Under the pieces are notes generated by a model that did no database searches, was not told where the DNA came from, and worked only from the letters and a program-made list of their open reading frames with translations. From a virus (Duplodnaviria; Heunggongvirae; Uroviricota; Caudoviricetes), in the IMG/VR virus record IMGVR_UViG_3300031951_000044: a stretch of DNA of 52,057 nt; one strand, 5' to 3'. Below are positions 1-8,218 of this stretch, one piece after another. Both the position numbers and the translations under genes were made by a program. Position 1 is the first letter of the stretch. Each line of letters starts with the position of its first letter.

Positions 1-324
1 AAACCATTCAACAATGGCGTTTATTGACCAAACAATTCCGGATGAATAAATTCCATCGAAAAACCATGAAATATATTTTGATATATCAAACAACTCATTT
101 GTTGGTGAATATACAAATACACCTAGAAAAAACCCACCCCAGACCGAGAAACACATCGGACATGATAGTATTCCGCTTATAAAATTAGCAAGTTCATTAA
201 GCGGTAATTTACTATTACCCCACGATTCTAAGTCATTTCTTAATCCGGAAAAGATTGAACCGTAAACCATTATATTCATTAAGCCGTAACTTAATATACT
301 CCATAAAATTAATTTTGTTATCAT
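1..324 (-). CDS. Small membrane protein, DUF1360-like (partial, runs off left edge)
   Basis: Not in ORF track; hand translation from ATG at 324: MITKLILWSILSYGLMNIMVYGSIFSGLR...GILSCPMCFSVWGGFFLG...; open to position 1; hydrophobic segments and CPxCxSVW motif. Confidence 0.6.
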   Translation of the reverse strand, partial: MITKLILWSILSYGLMNIMVYGSIFSGLRNDLESWGNSKLPLNELANFISGILSCPMCFSVWGGFFLGVFVYSPTNELFDISKYISWFFDGIYSSGIVWSINAIVEWF

Positions 325-333
325 ACTATTTTA

Positions 334-1257
334 TCAATTATTTGGTGGATATACAATTCTAAGTTGATTTCTTGGCTCATCCCGTACAACGTATTCCGCT
401 GTATTGTTTCTAAAATGATTTTCATCGTATACTTGAAGTTCATTACTCACATCTTTAACGTTATCCTCCATTAAAGAATTATAATTTAGAATTTCATTTT
501 GACTAAACAAAGAAAAATTAGAATTTTTACAATTATGAATTTCGTTTTTGATAATATCAAGAACATCTATAGATAATCCAGATTCAATTGAATCGATTCT
601 TCTATCTTCAGCATTCCAAAAAGAAATTTCATTATCAAGTTCTTTAAAGAACGCAACTTTTTTACCTGTTAATTTATTTAAACAATAAATTAGAATACCC
701 TGTTTAGAGTATCGGTAAAATTGATAATATTCGCCTCTAGCTGCTGTACACCATTTCGTACTATTACCATATTTTTTTGATGCTTCCCAGCTTAATGGTT
801 TTAAAACCAACCACTCATTTGTTTCATATAATTTAACAATTTCTTTTTCAAATTCTTTTGTATTTGATTTTAATTCGGCAATAGCAACCGCATTTCTAAC
901 ATCATCAAAAGATGAATATTTACTTAAATCGTTATTCTCAATTAATTTTCTTTCATTATATGACATAAAATCATAAAATATTTCGTAATTGTCTTTACCA
1001 ATAAATGTTTCTACGAAATAATTAATTATTATAAGTTCAATTGATGATTTATCTTTAGTTTTTTCTTCCGAAATATAAAAATTTTCTCTTAAATTATTTT
1101 TAATATAAGGTTTTTCCGAATCAAATTTTTTATCTTTCTTAGATAAGTTAACCATTAATTCAACATATTTTGGTTTTTCTAATAAAAGTTTAATAACATC
1201 AACAAAATCAATTATAAGATTGGGGTTTTGTTTTTTTAATTCTTCGATTTTAGACAT
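334..1257 (-). CDS. Uncharacterised phage protein with 'PLxxExSxxxGxxTKWC' (PcfJ-like) domain
   Basis: 307 aa ORF; motif LKPLSWEASKKYGNSTKWCTAA; paralogue at 2540..3406. Confidence 0.6.
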   Translation of the reverse strand: MSKIEELKKQNPNLIIDFVDVIKLLLEKPKYVELMVNLSKKDKKFDSEKPYIKNNLRENFYISEEKTKDKSSIELIIINYFVETFIGKDNYEIFYDFMSYNERKLIENNDLSKYSSFDDVRNAVAIAELKSNTKEFEKEIVKLYETNEWLVLKPLSWEASKKYGNSTKWCTAARGEYYQFYRYSKQGILIYCLNKLTGKKVAFFKELDNEISFWNAEDRRIDSIESGLSIDVLDIIKNEIHNCKNSNFSLFSQNEILNYNSLMEDNVKDVSNELQVYDENHFRNNTAEYVVRDEPRNQLRIVYPPNN

Positions 1258-1260
1258 AAT

Positions 1261-1761
1261 TTATTTTTTTATTGGATTGTTTAAGTTTGAGCCATTCAAA
1301 AAAATTGCCGGTTTACTGTAAACTGTATTAATTTCGTTTAACGTATTTTCTAGTTCACCAATTTTTTTGTTTTTCTCATTTAATTCGTTTCTAAGTTTTT
1401 GTATTGTTGCTTCCAGAGCTTTTTGTTTTTCTTTATTTTCAATAATAATTTCTTTTTCAACAATTACCTCTTTAATAACTTGATTTTCAACAGGAATTTC
1501 TTTTGTCACTTCTTTTATAACTTCAACCGGTTTTTCAATCTCAACATATTCAATTACAGGTACTTCTTTTATAACATCACGATAAACTATTTTTTCTATT
1601 TCTTTTTCAATAATTTTTGGTTCAACGTCATTCAAAAGACCATATTTTTCAATATCAAAACCGCTTTTAATTATTTTAATAAAAAAAGAATCAACATTTT
1701 CAATATTATTTAATTTACAATATTGATTAATTTCATCTTTTATGTTTTTTGGAATCGTCAT
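1261..1761 (-). CDS. Hypothetical protein with V/I-K-E-V repeats and C-terminal coiled coil
   Basis: 166 aa; repeats VIKEVPVIEYVEIEKPVEVIKEVTKEIPV...; heptad-like KQKALEATIQKLRNELNEKNKKIGELENTLNEI; ATGA overlap with upstream gene. Confidence 0.7.
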   Translation of the reverse strand: MTIPKNIKDEINQYCKLNNIENVDSFFIKIIKSGFDIEKYGLLNDVEPKIIEKEIEKIVYRDVIKEVPVIEYVEIEKPVEVIKEVTKEIPVENQVIKEVIVEKEIIIENKEKQKALEATIQKLRNELNEKNKKIGELENTLNEINTVYSKPAIFLNGSNLNNPIKK

Positions 1762-2537
1762 TCATTTACTAAAATTTCATTACCATTTTCAATATCATCG
1801 ATTGACGATATCTTAAATTTAAGAAATGGTCTCTTATTTGTCAAATCGTGAGTAGTATATTTATCTTGTTTTACATCATAAACCCCATAACCATGATTGG
1901 ATATTTTCTCACCAAAATTCTGCATAGCGCATGAGCCAATCATATATGCTTTTCTTCCATTTGGGATATCAAAAATTTGCCTCCTGTGTATATCCCCACA
2001 TAAAACGAGGTCGCACCCATCAAATCCATTCTTATCAAAACCCGAATCAAACTCATAACCAACATCAGTCTTTAATCCAACAATTGGTCCATGAAATAAT
2101 CCAATTTTTAGTCTATCATTTTTTTCAATTACCGGAGGTATATTATGTTCATACAATGAATATACAACCCAATCAATGTTATCATCTTCATAAACACCTC
2201 TTGTTTTGTAATAAACAATATTTGAATCATTTAGTGCGTCAAGAACAGGACTAATTGCATCAAGTCTCGACATATTGTTTTCAAGAAAATCATGGTTTCC
2301 CGGAATTAGAATTGTTTTACAAATACTTGAACATTCGGTCAAAACCCAACGAATCATTTCTACAAGTTCTGGTGTCATTTGATTCTTACTATGAACCAAA
2401 TCACCAGTAAAAACAATTCTATCTGGTTTTATATCTCTCCACTGTTTAAAAGCATCAGACATAATTTCACGATACAAATCGTGATCCTTAAATAACCTAA
2501 TGTGTAGGTCACTAAAATGAATAATTTTATTTATCAT
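1758..2537 (-). CDS. Calcineurin-like metallophosphoesterase (Mre11/SbcD/T4 gp47-like nuclease subunit)
   Basis: All five motifs present: SDLH, TGD, GNHD, FHG, GDIH. Confidence 0.85.
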   Translation of the reverse strand: MINKIIHFSDLHIRLFKDHDLYREIMSDAFKQWRDIKPDRIVFTGDLVHSKNQMTPELVEMIRWVLTECSSICKTILIPGNHDFLENNMSRLDAISPVLDALNDSNIVYYKTRGVYEDDNIDWVVYSLYEHNIPPVIEKNDRLKIGLFHGPIVGLKTDVGYEFDSGFDKNGFDGCDLVLCGDIHRRQIFDIPNGRKAYMIGSCAMQNFGEKISNHGYGVYDVKQDKYTTHDLTNKRPFLKFKISSIDDIENGNEILVNE

Positions 2538-2539
2538 AT

Positions 2540-3406
2540 TTAAATAATTTCCTTTAATTTATTTGTAATGAAATCAATGTTATTTTTAATTTCTAAAACA
2601 TAATCTCTATCTTCAACATTTGACTCACTAATGAGATGAATAGATTCCATTAATTTATCAATATCAATATTATTTAATGTATTGATTGTGTTTGACACAT
2701 TTTCTTTTGCTTTAAAAACGAACTCAAGATTAAACATATATGTTCTAATAATATTAAAAATTGTAATAATATCTTGTCTATTCCATCCCGAATTTAACAT
2801 ATGTTTATCATAAATTCTTGAATCAAGTTGATTATATACTTCAATATCATTCGTAAAAACAGAATGGTTATTCCAATTAATATAAAAAGCTATTTTATTA
2901 TATCCACTATTTCTTGATGCTTTTTTATCTATTAAATAGATGATAACGCCTCGTCTAAAATATTCTTTAAACCTGCTATTTTTACCGGTAGTACACCACT
3001 TGGTGTTTGCCCCCCATTTATCTGAACCCTCTTGGGTTAACGGTCTTACAATTAAAATATTTTCGGTCTCATAAATTTTTGTCCCATGTTTTTTGGGTTC
3101 AAATTCTTTTTCTAATTTGCGACTCATCGCATCATCAATCCTATCTTGAAGAATTTTAAGATTAGTGTATTCAGGAGAGTAAATATCTTTATTTGTAAGA
3201 TAACTTAAACAACTATCAAAATCATTAACAAGTTCAATTACTTTAGCCGACCTAGTTAGTTTGTTCTTATCTCTATTCGACCAAAGTTTACACATAAATT
3301 CCAAATATTTCTTAGTTTCTGTTTTATCAGCATGTAAGAAACTTTGGAAAATAGCTGCACTAACTTGTTTAGCGTATTTTGTTTGAAGTTCAGATACTTT
3401 TGACAT
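2540..3406 (-). CDS. Uncharacterised phage protein, paralogue of 334..1257 (TKWC domain)
   Basis: 288 aa; VRPLTQEGSDKWGANTKWCTTG...IYLIDKK...KIAF. Confidence 0.6.
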   Translation of the reverse strand: MSKVSELQTKYAKQVSAAIFQSFLHADKTETKKYLEFMCKLWSNRDKNKLTRSAKVIELVNDFDSCLSYLTNKDIYSPEYTNLKILQDRIDDAMSRKLEKEFEPKKHGTKIYETENILIVRPLTQEGSDKWGANTKWCTTGKNSRFKEYFRRGVIIYLIDKKASRNSGYNKIAFYINWNNHSVFTNDIEVYNQLDSRIYDKHMLNSGWNRQDIITIFNIIRTYMFNLEFVFKAKENVSNTINTLNNIDIDKLMESIHLISESNVEDRDYVLEIKNNIDFITNKLKEII

Positions 3407-3456
3407 AATTTATTTTTTGAACTACAAAGATATGAAAAAATCTCTAACAAAAAAAA

Positions 3457-4314
3457 CTATTTCAGGTATTTTTTTACGTCCATAGTTAATGCGGTATCCA
3501 TAGCACCTTTACCGACTCTAAATTCTTCAAAATCTGAATCGTCCTTAAGTAGTACTATTATACAGCCGTAGAGTTTTAAATTTTCGTATTTTGTACCCTC
3601 TAACATTTTTAGAAAAAGTTTACCGTATAGTGGTAATTGAACCGAGTAATGACCCAATGCTGTATCATCTAAAAAGATAAATGGAAATTTCATTTTTTTA
3701 GTAAAACTATTTGGTATAAAATTTTTTGGTTTATTACTCTTATAGTCAGAAACAATAACCCCAAACCCGTCTTTATTTTTATTTTCAATTAGCCAAATTT
3801 TGTCTGCTTGACCAACATATCCTAATTCAGCCGAACCTAAAACGACCTCGGTATCTAATAAAACAGCGCCTCGCTCTTTCATTAAATTAAGAAATTTAAT
3901 TCCGCCCTGAATCATAGCATCACTTTTTAATATTTGGTCAAAATCACAATCAAATGTTGGTTGTCTAACTTCTTTTTCAATGTTGAAAATTTTAAGCGAT
4001 TCTTTTTCTAGAAGATAGTGAACCCTAGAACCCATATTAACCGCTAATTCACCCGATTTACTCCATTCATCTAATAATGCTTGTTTAACTGCTAAATCAC
4101 CCTTACTTTTCTTATGAGCAATTGATTCTGCATCAAATTCATCATAAAAATATTTAAGAACTTTTGACACTGAAGGCCAATCATTTCTTAAATTACCGTC
4201 AATATCATTCATAAAATAAATGTGATTTTCCTCTAAAAAAGAAAGTTTTTGACTTTCATACTTATTTTTTAAAATATCTATTATTTCTTCTCTTACTGTA
4301 ATTAAATCAATCAT
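3457..4314 (-). CDS. PD-(D/E)XK superfamily nuclease (phage exonuclease-like)
   Basis: SVS helix, GSRVH, LDTE, YVGQAD, SDYKS, Y..QL..Y motifs. Confidence 0.8.
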   Translation of the reverse strand: MIDLITVREEIIDILKNKYESQKLSFLEENHIYFMNDIDGNLRNDWPSVSKVLKYFYDEFDAESIAHKKSKGDLAVKQALLDEWSKSGELAVNMGSRVHYLLEKESLKIFNIEKEVRQPTFDCDFDQILKSDAMIQGGIKFLNLMKERGAVLLDTEVVLGSAELGYVGQADKIWLIENKNKDGFGVIVSDYKSNKPKNFIPNSFTKKMKFPFIFLDDTALGHYSVQLPLYGKLFLKMLEGTKYENLKLYGCIIVLLKDDSDFEEFRVGKGAMDTALTMDVKKYLK

Positions 4315-5231
4315 TACTTTATAAAAATTTCAAATTCATTTATTTGTCCCCTTAAATCCGCAACATCTTTATCTTTTGGTAATTCTAATAATTTAACTCT
4401 ACCAAATAAAACACCCCCATTTAATTCATGAAATAACTTTTGTGCATTATTAAATGCGTCCCCGTCTAATGCGATAATAATATTTTTCTTAGCATCATTA
4501 TAAAGTTTTTCAAAAAGTAACGGACTAACATGTTTACCCAATAAAGGTATACTATTATCAACAAAAATAGAGTCGAAAGCACCCTCTAAAAGATAAATAT
4601 CTTTATTAAAATCAACCCTACTTTCATTAAAAATTATAGTTTCTTTAGGTATTGTAGGATTTTTATACTTCATTTTCGTCTTAACCCAAGACCTTGCAAT
4701 AAAATAATTTAAATTATTATTTGAATCATATGAAGGAATTATTATTCTATTTTTAAAGTCCCCATCTACTGTATACCCAATATCAAACTTCTCAATTATA
4801 TCATCTGTAACACCTCTCTTTTTTAGATAATTATATGCTTCTTTATGTGCTATAAGAATCGGATTGGAATCTTTAAATTTAATATAACCTTCAGGTAACC
4901 TAATTTTTTGAATTATTGGCTTTACTGTCTCATCATCTTTAGGTCTAATTAAATCAAAAATCTTTTTTTGTTTTTTATTACCCCATAAATCAATTAGTTT
5001 ACCTACTGGACCGTGTGTACCGTGACTATCACCACATGACCAACATTTATAAATAAGTCTTTCAGTGTTTATTTCAAGATTACCCTTTCCATCACCTTGT
5101 TCTAACCCCTTAATTTCATAACTACAAACAGGACAGTCAAAAGTAATTTGGTGTTTAAGATTATAATAATTCTTTTCTTTACCTAAAATAGTTCTTAGTA
5201 TCTCTAATAATACATCTTTTTCATTTTCCAT
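4314..5231 (-). CDS. dnaG: DNA primase (Zn ribbon + Toprim)
   Basis: CPVC...CWSC zinc ribbon; YLKKRG; RIIIP; Toprim EGAFD and ALDGD; KDKDVAD. Confidence 0.9.
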   Translation of the reverse strand: MENEKDVLLEILRTILGKEKNYYNLKHQITFDCPVCSYEIKGLEQGDGKGNLEINTERLIYKCWSCGDSHGTHGPVGKLIDLWGNKKQKKIFDLIRPKDDETVKPIIQKIRLPEGYIKFKDSNPILIAHKEAYNYLKKRGVTDDIIEKFDIGYTVDGDFKNRIIIPSYDSNNNLNYFIARSWVKTKMKYKNPTIPKETIIFNESRVDFNKDIYLLEGAFDSIFVDNSIPLLGKHVSPLLFEKLYNDAKKNIIIALDGDAFNNAQKLFHELNGGVLFGRVKLLELPKDKDVADLRGQINEFEIFIK

Positions 5232-5259
5232 AAATAAAATATAGAAAAGAAAGTCTAAA

Positions 5260-5859
5260 TTACCAAATCTTCAACTCATTCATTTTACCTAAAACGCAGG
5301 TATAAGCATCGCTCATATCATAACACTCTTTTTTTATTAGATTTTTTTTGTTGTATAACCAAGTAATTTGAGGTTCTCTTCTGGATACTAAATCCCAAAT
5401 TATTTGTTTTTTATCAATATCTTTAGGTAAGCCACCAAATAGAACAAACTTACCCTTATCATTTTGTTTAACTAATTCAGGAAATGCAAATTTCCTTGAG
5501 TCATATGTTGAAATGAATTCTGGGGTAATTCCAAGTTCATCATAAATTATTTTTGTAATAAAACTATTAAATCTTAGTAATATCCCAATGGTATAAATAT
5601 TATTACTATTTAATAGAGGTTCTTCAATTACTACTTTAGTAATTCCAATATTTTTATATTCAATTAATTTTGTTTTAAACACGTCCGCTTTAAGTAATAG
5701 CTCTCTAACTTTATCTTCAGTTTTTTCTTTAACTATTGGTGAAACATGTGTTAATTCTAAAAGCTCTTTATTTTTTATATCAAATAACGCCCATCCAATT
5801 GTCTTTGTTGATACATCTAAACCAAGAACTTTTGGGCTATTTTTTGTTGTTTTTGCCAT
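5260..5859 (-). CDS. ruvC: RuvC-like Holliday junction resolvase
   Basis: LGLDVSTKTIGWA, IEEP, DMSDA RNase H-fold catalytic motifs; likely start is MAKTT at 5859 because the longer ORF start (5874) overlaps the upstream gene. Confidence 0.8.
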   Translation of the reverse strand: MAKTTKNSPKVLGLDVSTKTIGWALFDIKNKELLELTHVSPIVKEKTEDKVRELLLKADVFKTKLIEYKNIGITKVVIEEPLLNSNNIYTIGILLRFNSFITKIIYDELGITPEFISTYDSRKFAFPELVKQNDKGKFVLFGGLPKDIDKKQIIWDLVSRREPQITWLYNKKNLIKKECYDMSDAYTCVLGKMNELKIW

Positions 5860-5863
5860 GAAA

Positions 5864-8215
5864 TTAAAAATCAAGTTTTATCAAAAACTGCTGCTCACCT
5901 TGTCTTAATTGTGGTGATTGTAGTTTTGTTAAAAGTATAAGATCTTTATTTTCATCGTAAAGCCCAATTTCTGAAATAAATGATTTTTTTTCATTACCCC
6001 AAGTTGGATTAGTACTTACAGTAAATTGTTGATTTGGTAAATTAACCGCATAACGCATCTCATAAATGGTTGCTTCAATATCTGTTTTTAGATTACCATA
6101 GAAATAATATTCATCACCAAAATTTAAACAGGATTCGCCATTATCATTTAATGATGGTAAGTTTACGTAATTGAGTTCATATGTGGTTCCTCCGGTATAT
6201 GAATCAATATCGACAACAAATGTTGTCGCAGTAAGTCCTGATTGTGTAATATAACCACCAATCATACTCGATGTTAATTGATTTGTTACATCAATTTCAA
6301 TCCAATTTTCAGAGTTTGGTCTAGTATCACCAGTAACTTTTTGAGCTAAAATACTCATGCTATCAGCAAAAAAACCATATGTACAACTACCGGTCGGTTG
6401 ATTTAAAAATGGAAATTCTAATCCAAACCTAATAGAAACATCTTGACTATTTATTGTACAACCGGTCTTTGGTCCTTGTATTGATGTATAATAATTACAG
6501 TGTAAAGATTCTGTAAACGCACTTGTTGTTTGATTACCTAAGCGATATGTAACCCAAAGATATTCATTATCATTTTCTAAAATACCTGTTGTTGTACCCA
6601 TATCACCATCACAAATATTTGAATTAATTAAGGATAGTTTAGGTGCCGGTAATGTCCAATTTCTATTTGCTTTGTATGACATAGCTGCAATAATTTCCTC
6701 ATCGTCAATAATTACCATCTTATAGTCGGGAAAAACTTTACCGACCCTATTCAAATTACCATTTGAATCTGGATTTATGTCCCAAAGATGATAATATCTT
6801 AAACCCGGATCATTCATATCATCATTTTTAGATGATACCATGTAATTTACACTTAATTTATTATAACCCGGTGGATCTACATAGAAGGTTTCACCTATTT
6901 TACCATCAGTTGATTTATGCCACAATAACCAAGGTATTTCTAATTTAAAATTTATTGCTTGACCTGTTGCGCCCTCGTCTGTTGGGTCAATAGGATTCAT
7001 CGCAAATTTTTCACCGTAGATTAAATCCACAGAATTATTCGTATAGTGAATTAGCGATATTGCTTTTTGGTCTTTGGGTTGGAGATAAACTTGCTCATCA
7101 AACGAATTATAGTAATACGTATCTGAACTAAATTTTTCATATGATGAGTTTAGGAATGTTTGTCCATTAGCCGATTGATATCCAAAATATTCTTTTGACC
7201 CTAAATAAGTTCTACTATTATATGTTGTATAATCCTGAGTTACCGATGAAAAAATACCCGCTGGTGATTCGCTCCAAGGAATATTCATATTCCATATTTT
7301 TATTACACCATCTGAAATATCACAAGGAATTTCATAGTTAATTAAATCTTGGTCAGTAATTTCATTTGGAATAAACGTACCATAAAAATCTGATATTTCA
7401 GATGGATAAATTAAGACTCTAGCATCACCCGTAAAACCTAAACTTGCGAAATCGGGTAAATCCCTATCTAAAGTTAGGGTTGTACCTAAATTATCTAAAC
7501 AACATATTTTATAGGTTAATATAGTATAACCATTTCTAATCTTTCCACAATCACCGCAGCAATCATAAATTATGGTAATAAAATCACCCACTTGCGGTAT
7601 TCCAACTCCCGGTGATGGTCCTGTTGTACAAAACGGTGTTGGTGTTGGCGTATCACAAATGGATGTTGGAGTTGGTGGAGGAGTTGGTGGAGGAGTTGGT
7701 GTTGGTGTGGGTGAACAACAATCATCTGATGTTGGTGGTATTAATGTATCACAAGTACCACTAATTAGCAATATTTGATTCGTTCCCCCAGTTAATGTTG
7801 TAATATCAATATAATAATTTGGTGTTACCAAATATCCATAATCAGTATTTGCTGACCAACTACCTTCTTCACCTTTAAAAAATCCTCTAGGTGCTGCACT
7901 ATTATATATTGGTGAAACGACAGAATCAAAATTACCAATACCAAAAGTATTTGTTGTTGTTGGACTTTGTTTAAAGGGATATTTAATATTTTGTTTATTA
8001 CTTTCCGGAACACCAACATTATTTTGTGAATTAAACGCTGGCTCAATTACATAATTATTTTTTGGATTTAAATTTTGAACACAATCATAACAAACTTCAC
8101 TATCACCAATTTGAAAATACTTAATTACAAAATTACCTTGCGATAACTTTCTTCTACCAACGTCAGTTAATCTTGTATTTAATAAACCTGAAGTATTTTT
8201 AATTATATATGCCAT
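5864..8215 (-). CDS. Virion structural protein, tail-collar/baseplate-like (DUF3751-like termini), paralogue 1
   Basis: N-term LTDVGRRKLSQG.F.IKYFQIGDSE and C-term EIGLYDENKDLILLTKL resemble the two halves of the phage tail-collar fibre domain; internal PTPTPTPPPTPPPTPT linker. Confidence 0.6.
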   Translation of the reverse strand: MAYIIKNTSGLLNTRLTDVGRRKLSQGNFVIKYFQIGDSEVCYDCVQNLNPKNNYVIEPAFNSQNNVGVPESNKQNIKYPFKQSPTTTNTFGIGNFDSVVSPIYNSAAPRGFFKGEEGSWSANTDYGYLVTPNYYIDITTLTGGTNQILLISGTCDTLIPPTSDDCCSPTPTPTPPPTPPPTPTSICDTPTPTPFCTTGPSPGVGIPQVGDFITIIYDCCGDCGKIRNGYTILTYKICCLDNLGTTLTLDRDLPDFASLGFTGDARVLIYPSEISDFYGTFIPNEITDQDLINYEIPCDISDGVIKIWNMNIPWSESPAGIFSSVTQDYTTYNSRTYLGSKEYFGYQSANGQTFLNSSYEKFSSDTYYYNSFDEQVYLQPKDQKAISLIHYTNNSVDLIYGEKFAMNPIDPTDEGATGQAINFKLEIPWLLWHKSTDGKIGETFYVDPPGYNKLSVNYMVSSKNDDMNDPGLRYYHLWDINPDSNGNLNRVGKVFPDYKMVIIDDEEIIAAMSYKANRNWTLPAPKLSLINSNICDGDMGTTTGILENDNEYLWVTYRLGNQTTSAFTESLHCNYYTSIQGPKTGCTINSQDVSIRFGLEFPFLNQPTGSCTYGFFADSMSILAQKVTGDTRPNSENWIEIDVTNQLTSSMIGGYITQSGLTATTFVVDIDSYTGGTTYELNYVNLPSLNDNGESCLNFGDEYYFYGNLKTDIEATIYEMRYAVNLPNQQFTVSTNPTWGNEKKSFISEIGLYDENKDLILLTKLQSPQLRQGEQQFLIKLDF

Positions 8216-8218
8216 ATC

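Noticed and set aside
3457-4314. Cas4 / CRISPR adaptation gene
   Set aside because: It has a PD-(D/E)XK core but no four-Cys Fe-S cluster pattern, and no cas genes or array nearby
5860-5874. Longer N-terminus (MIFNF) for the RuvC-like gene
   Set aside because: Overlaps the stop of the upstream gene by 11 nt; the ATG at 5859, just after that stop, is the more parsimonious start
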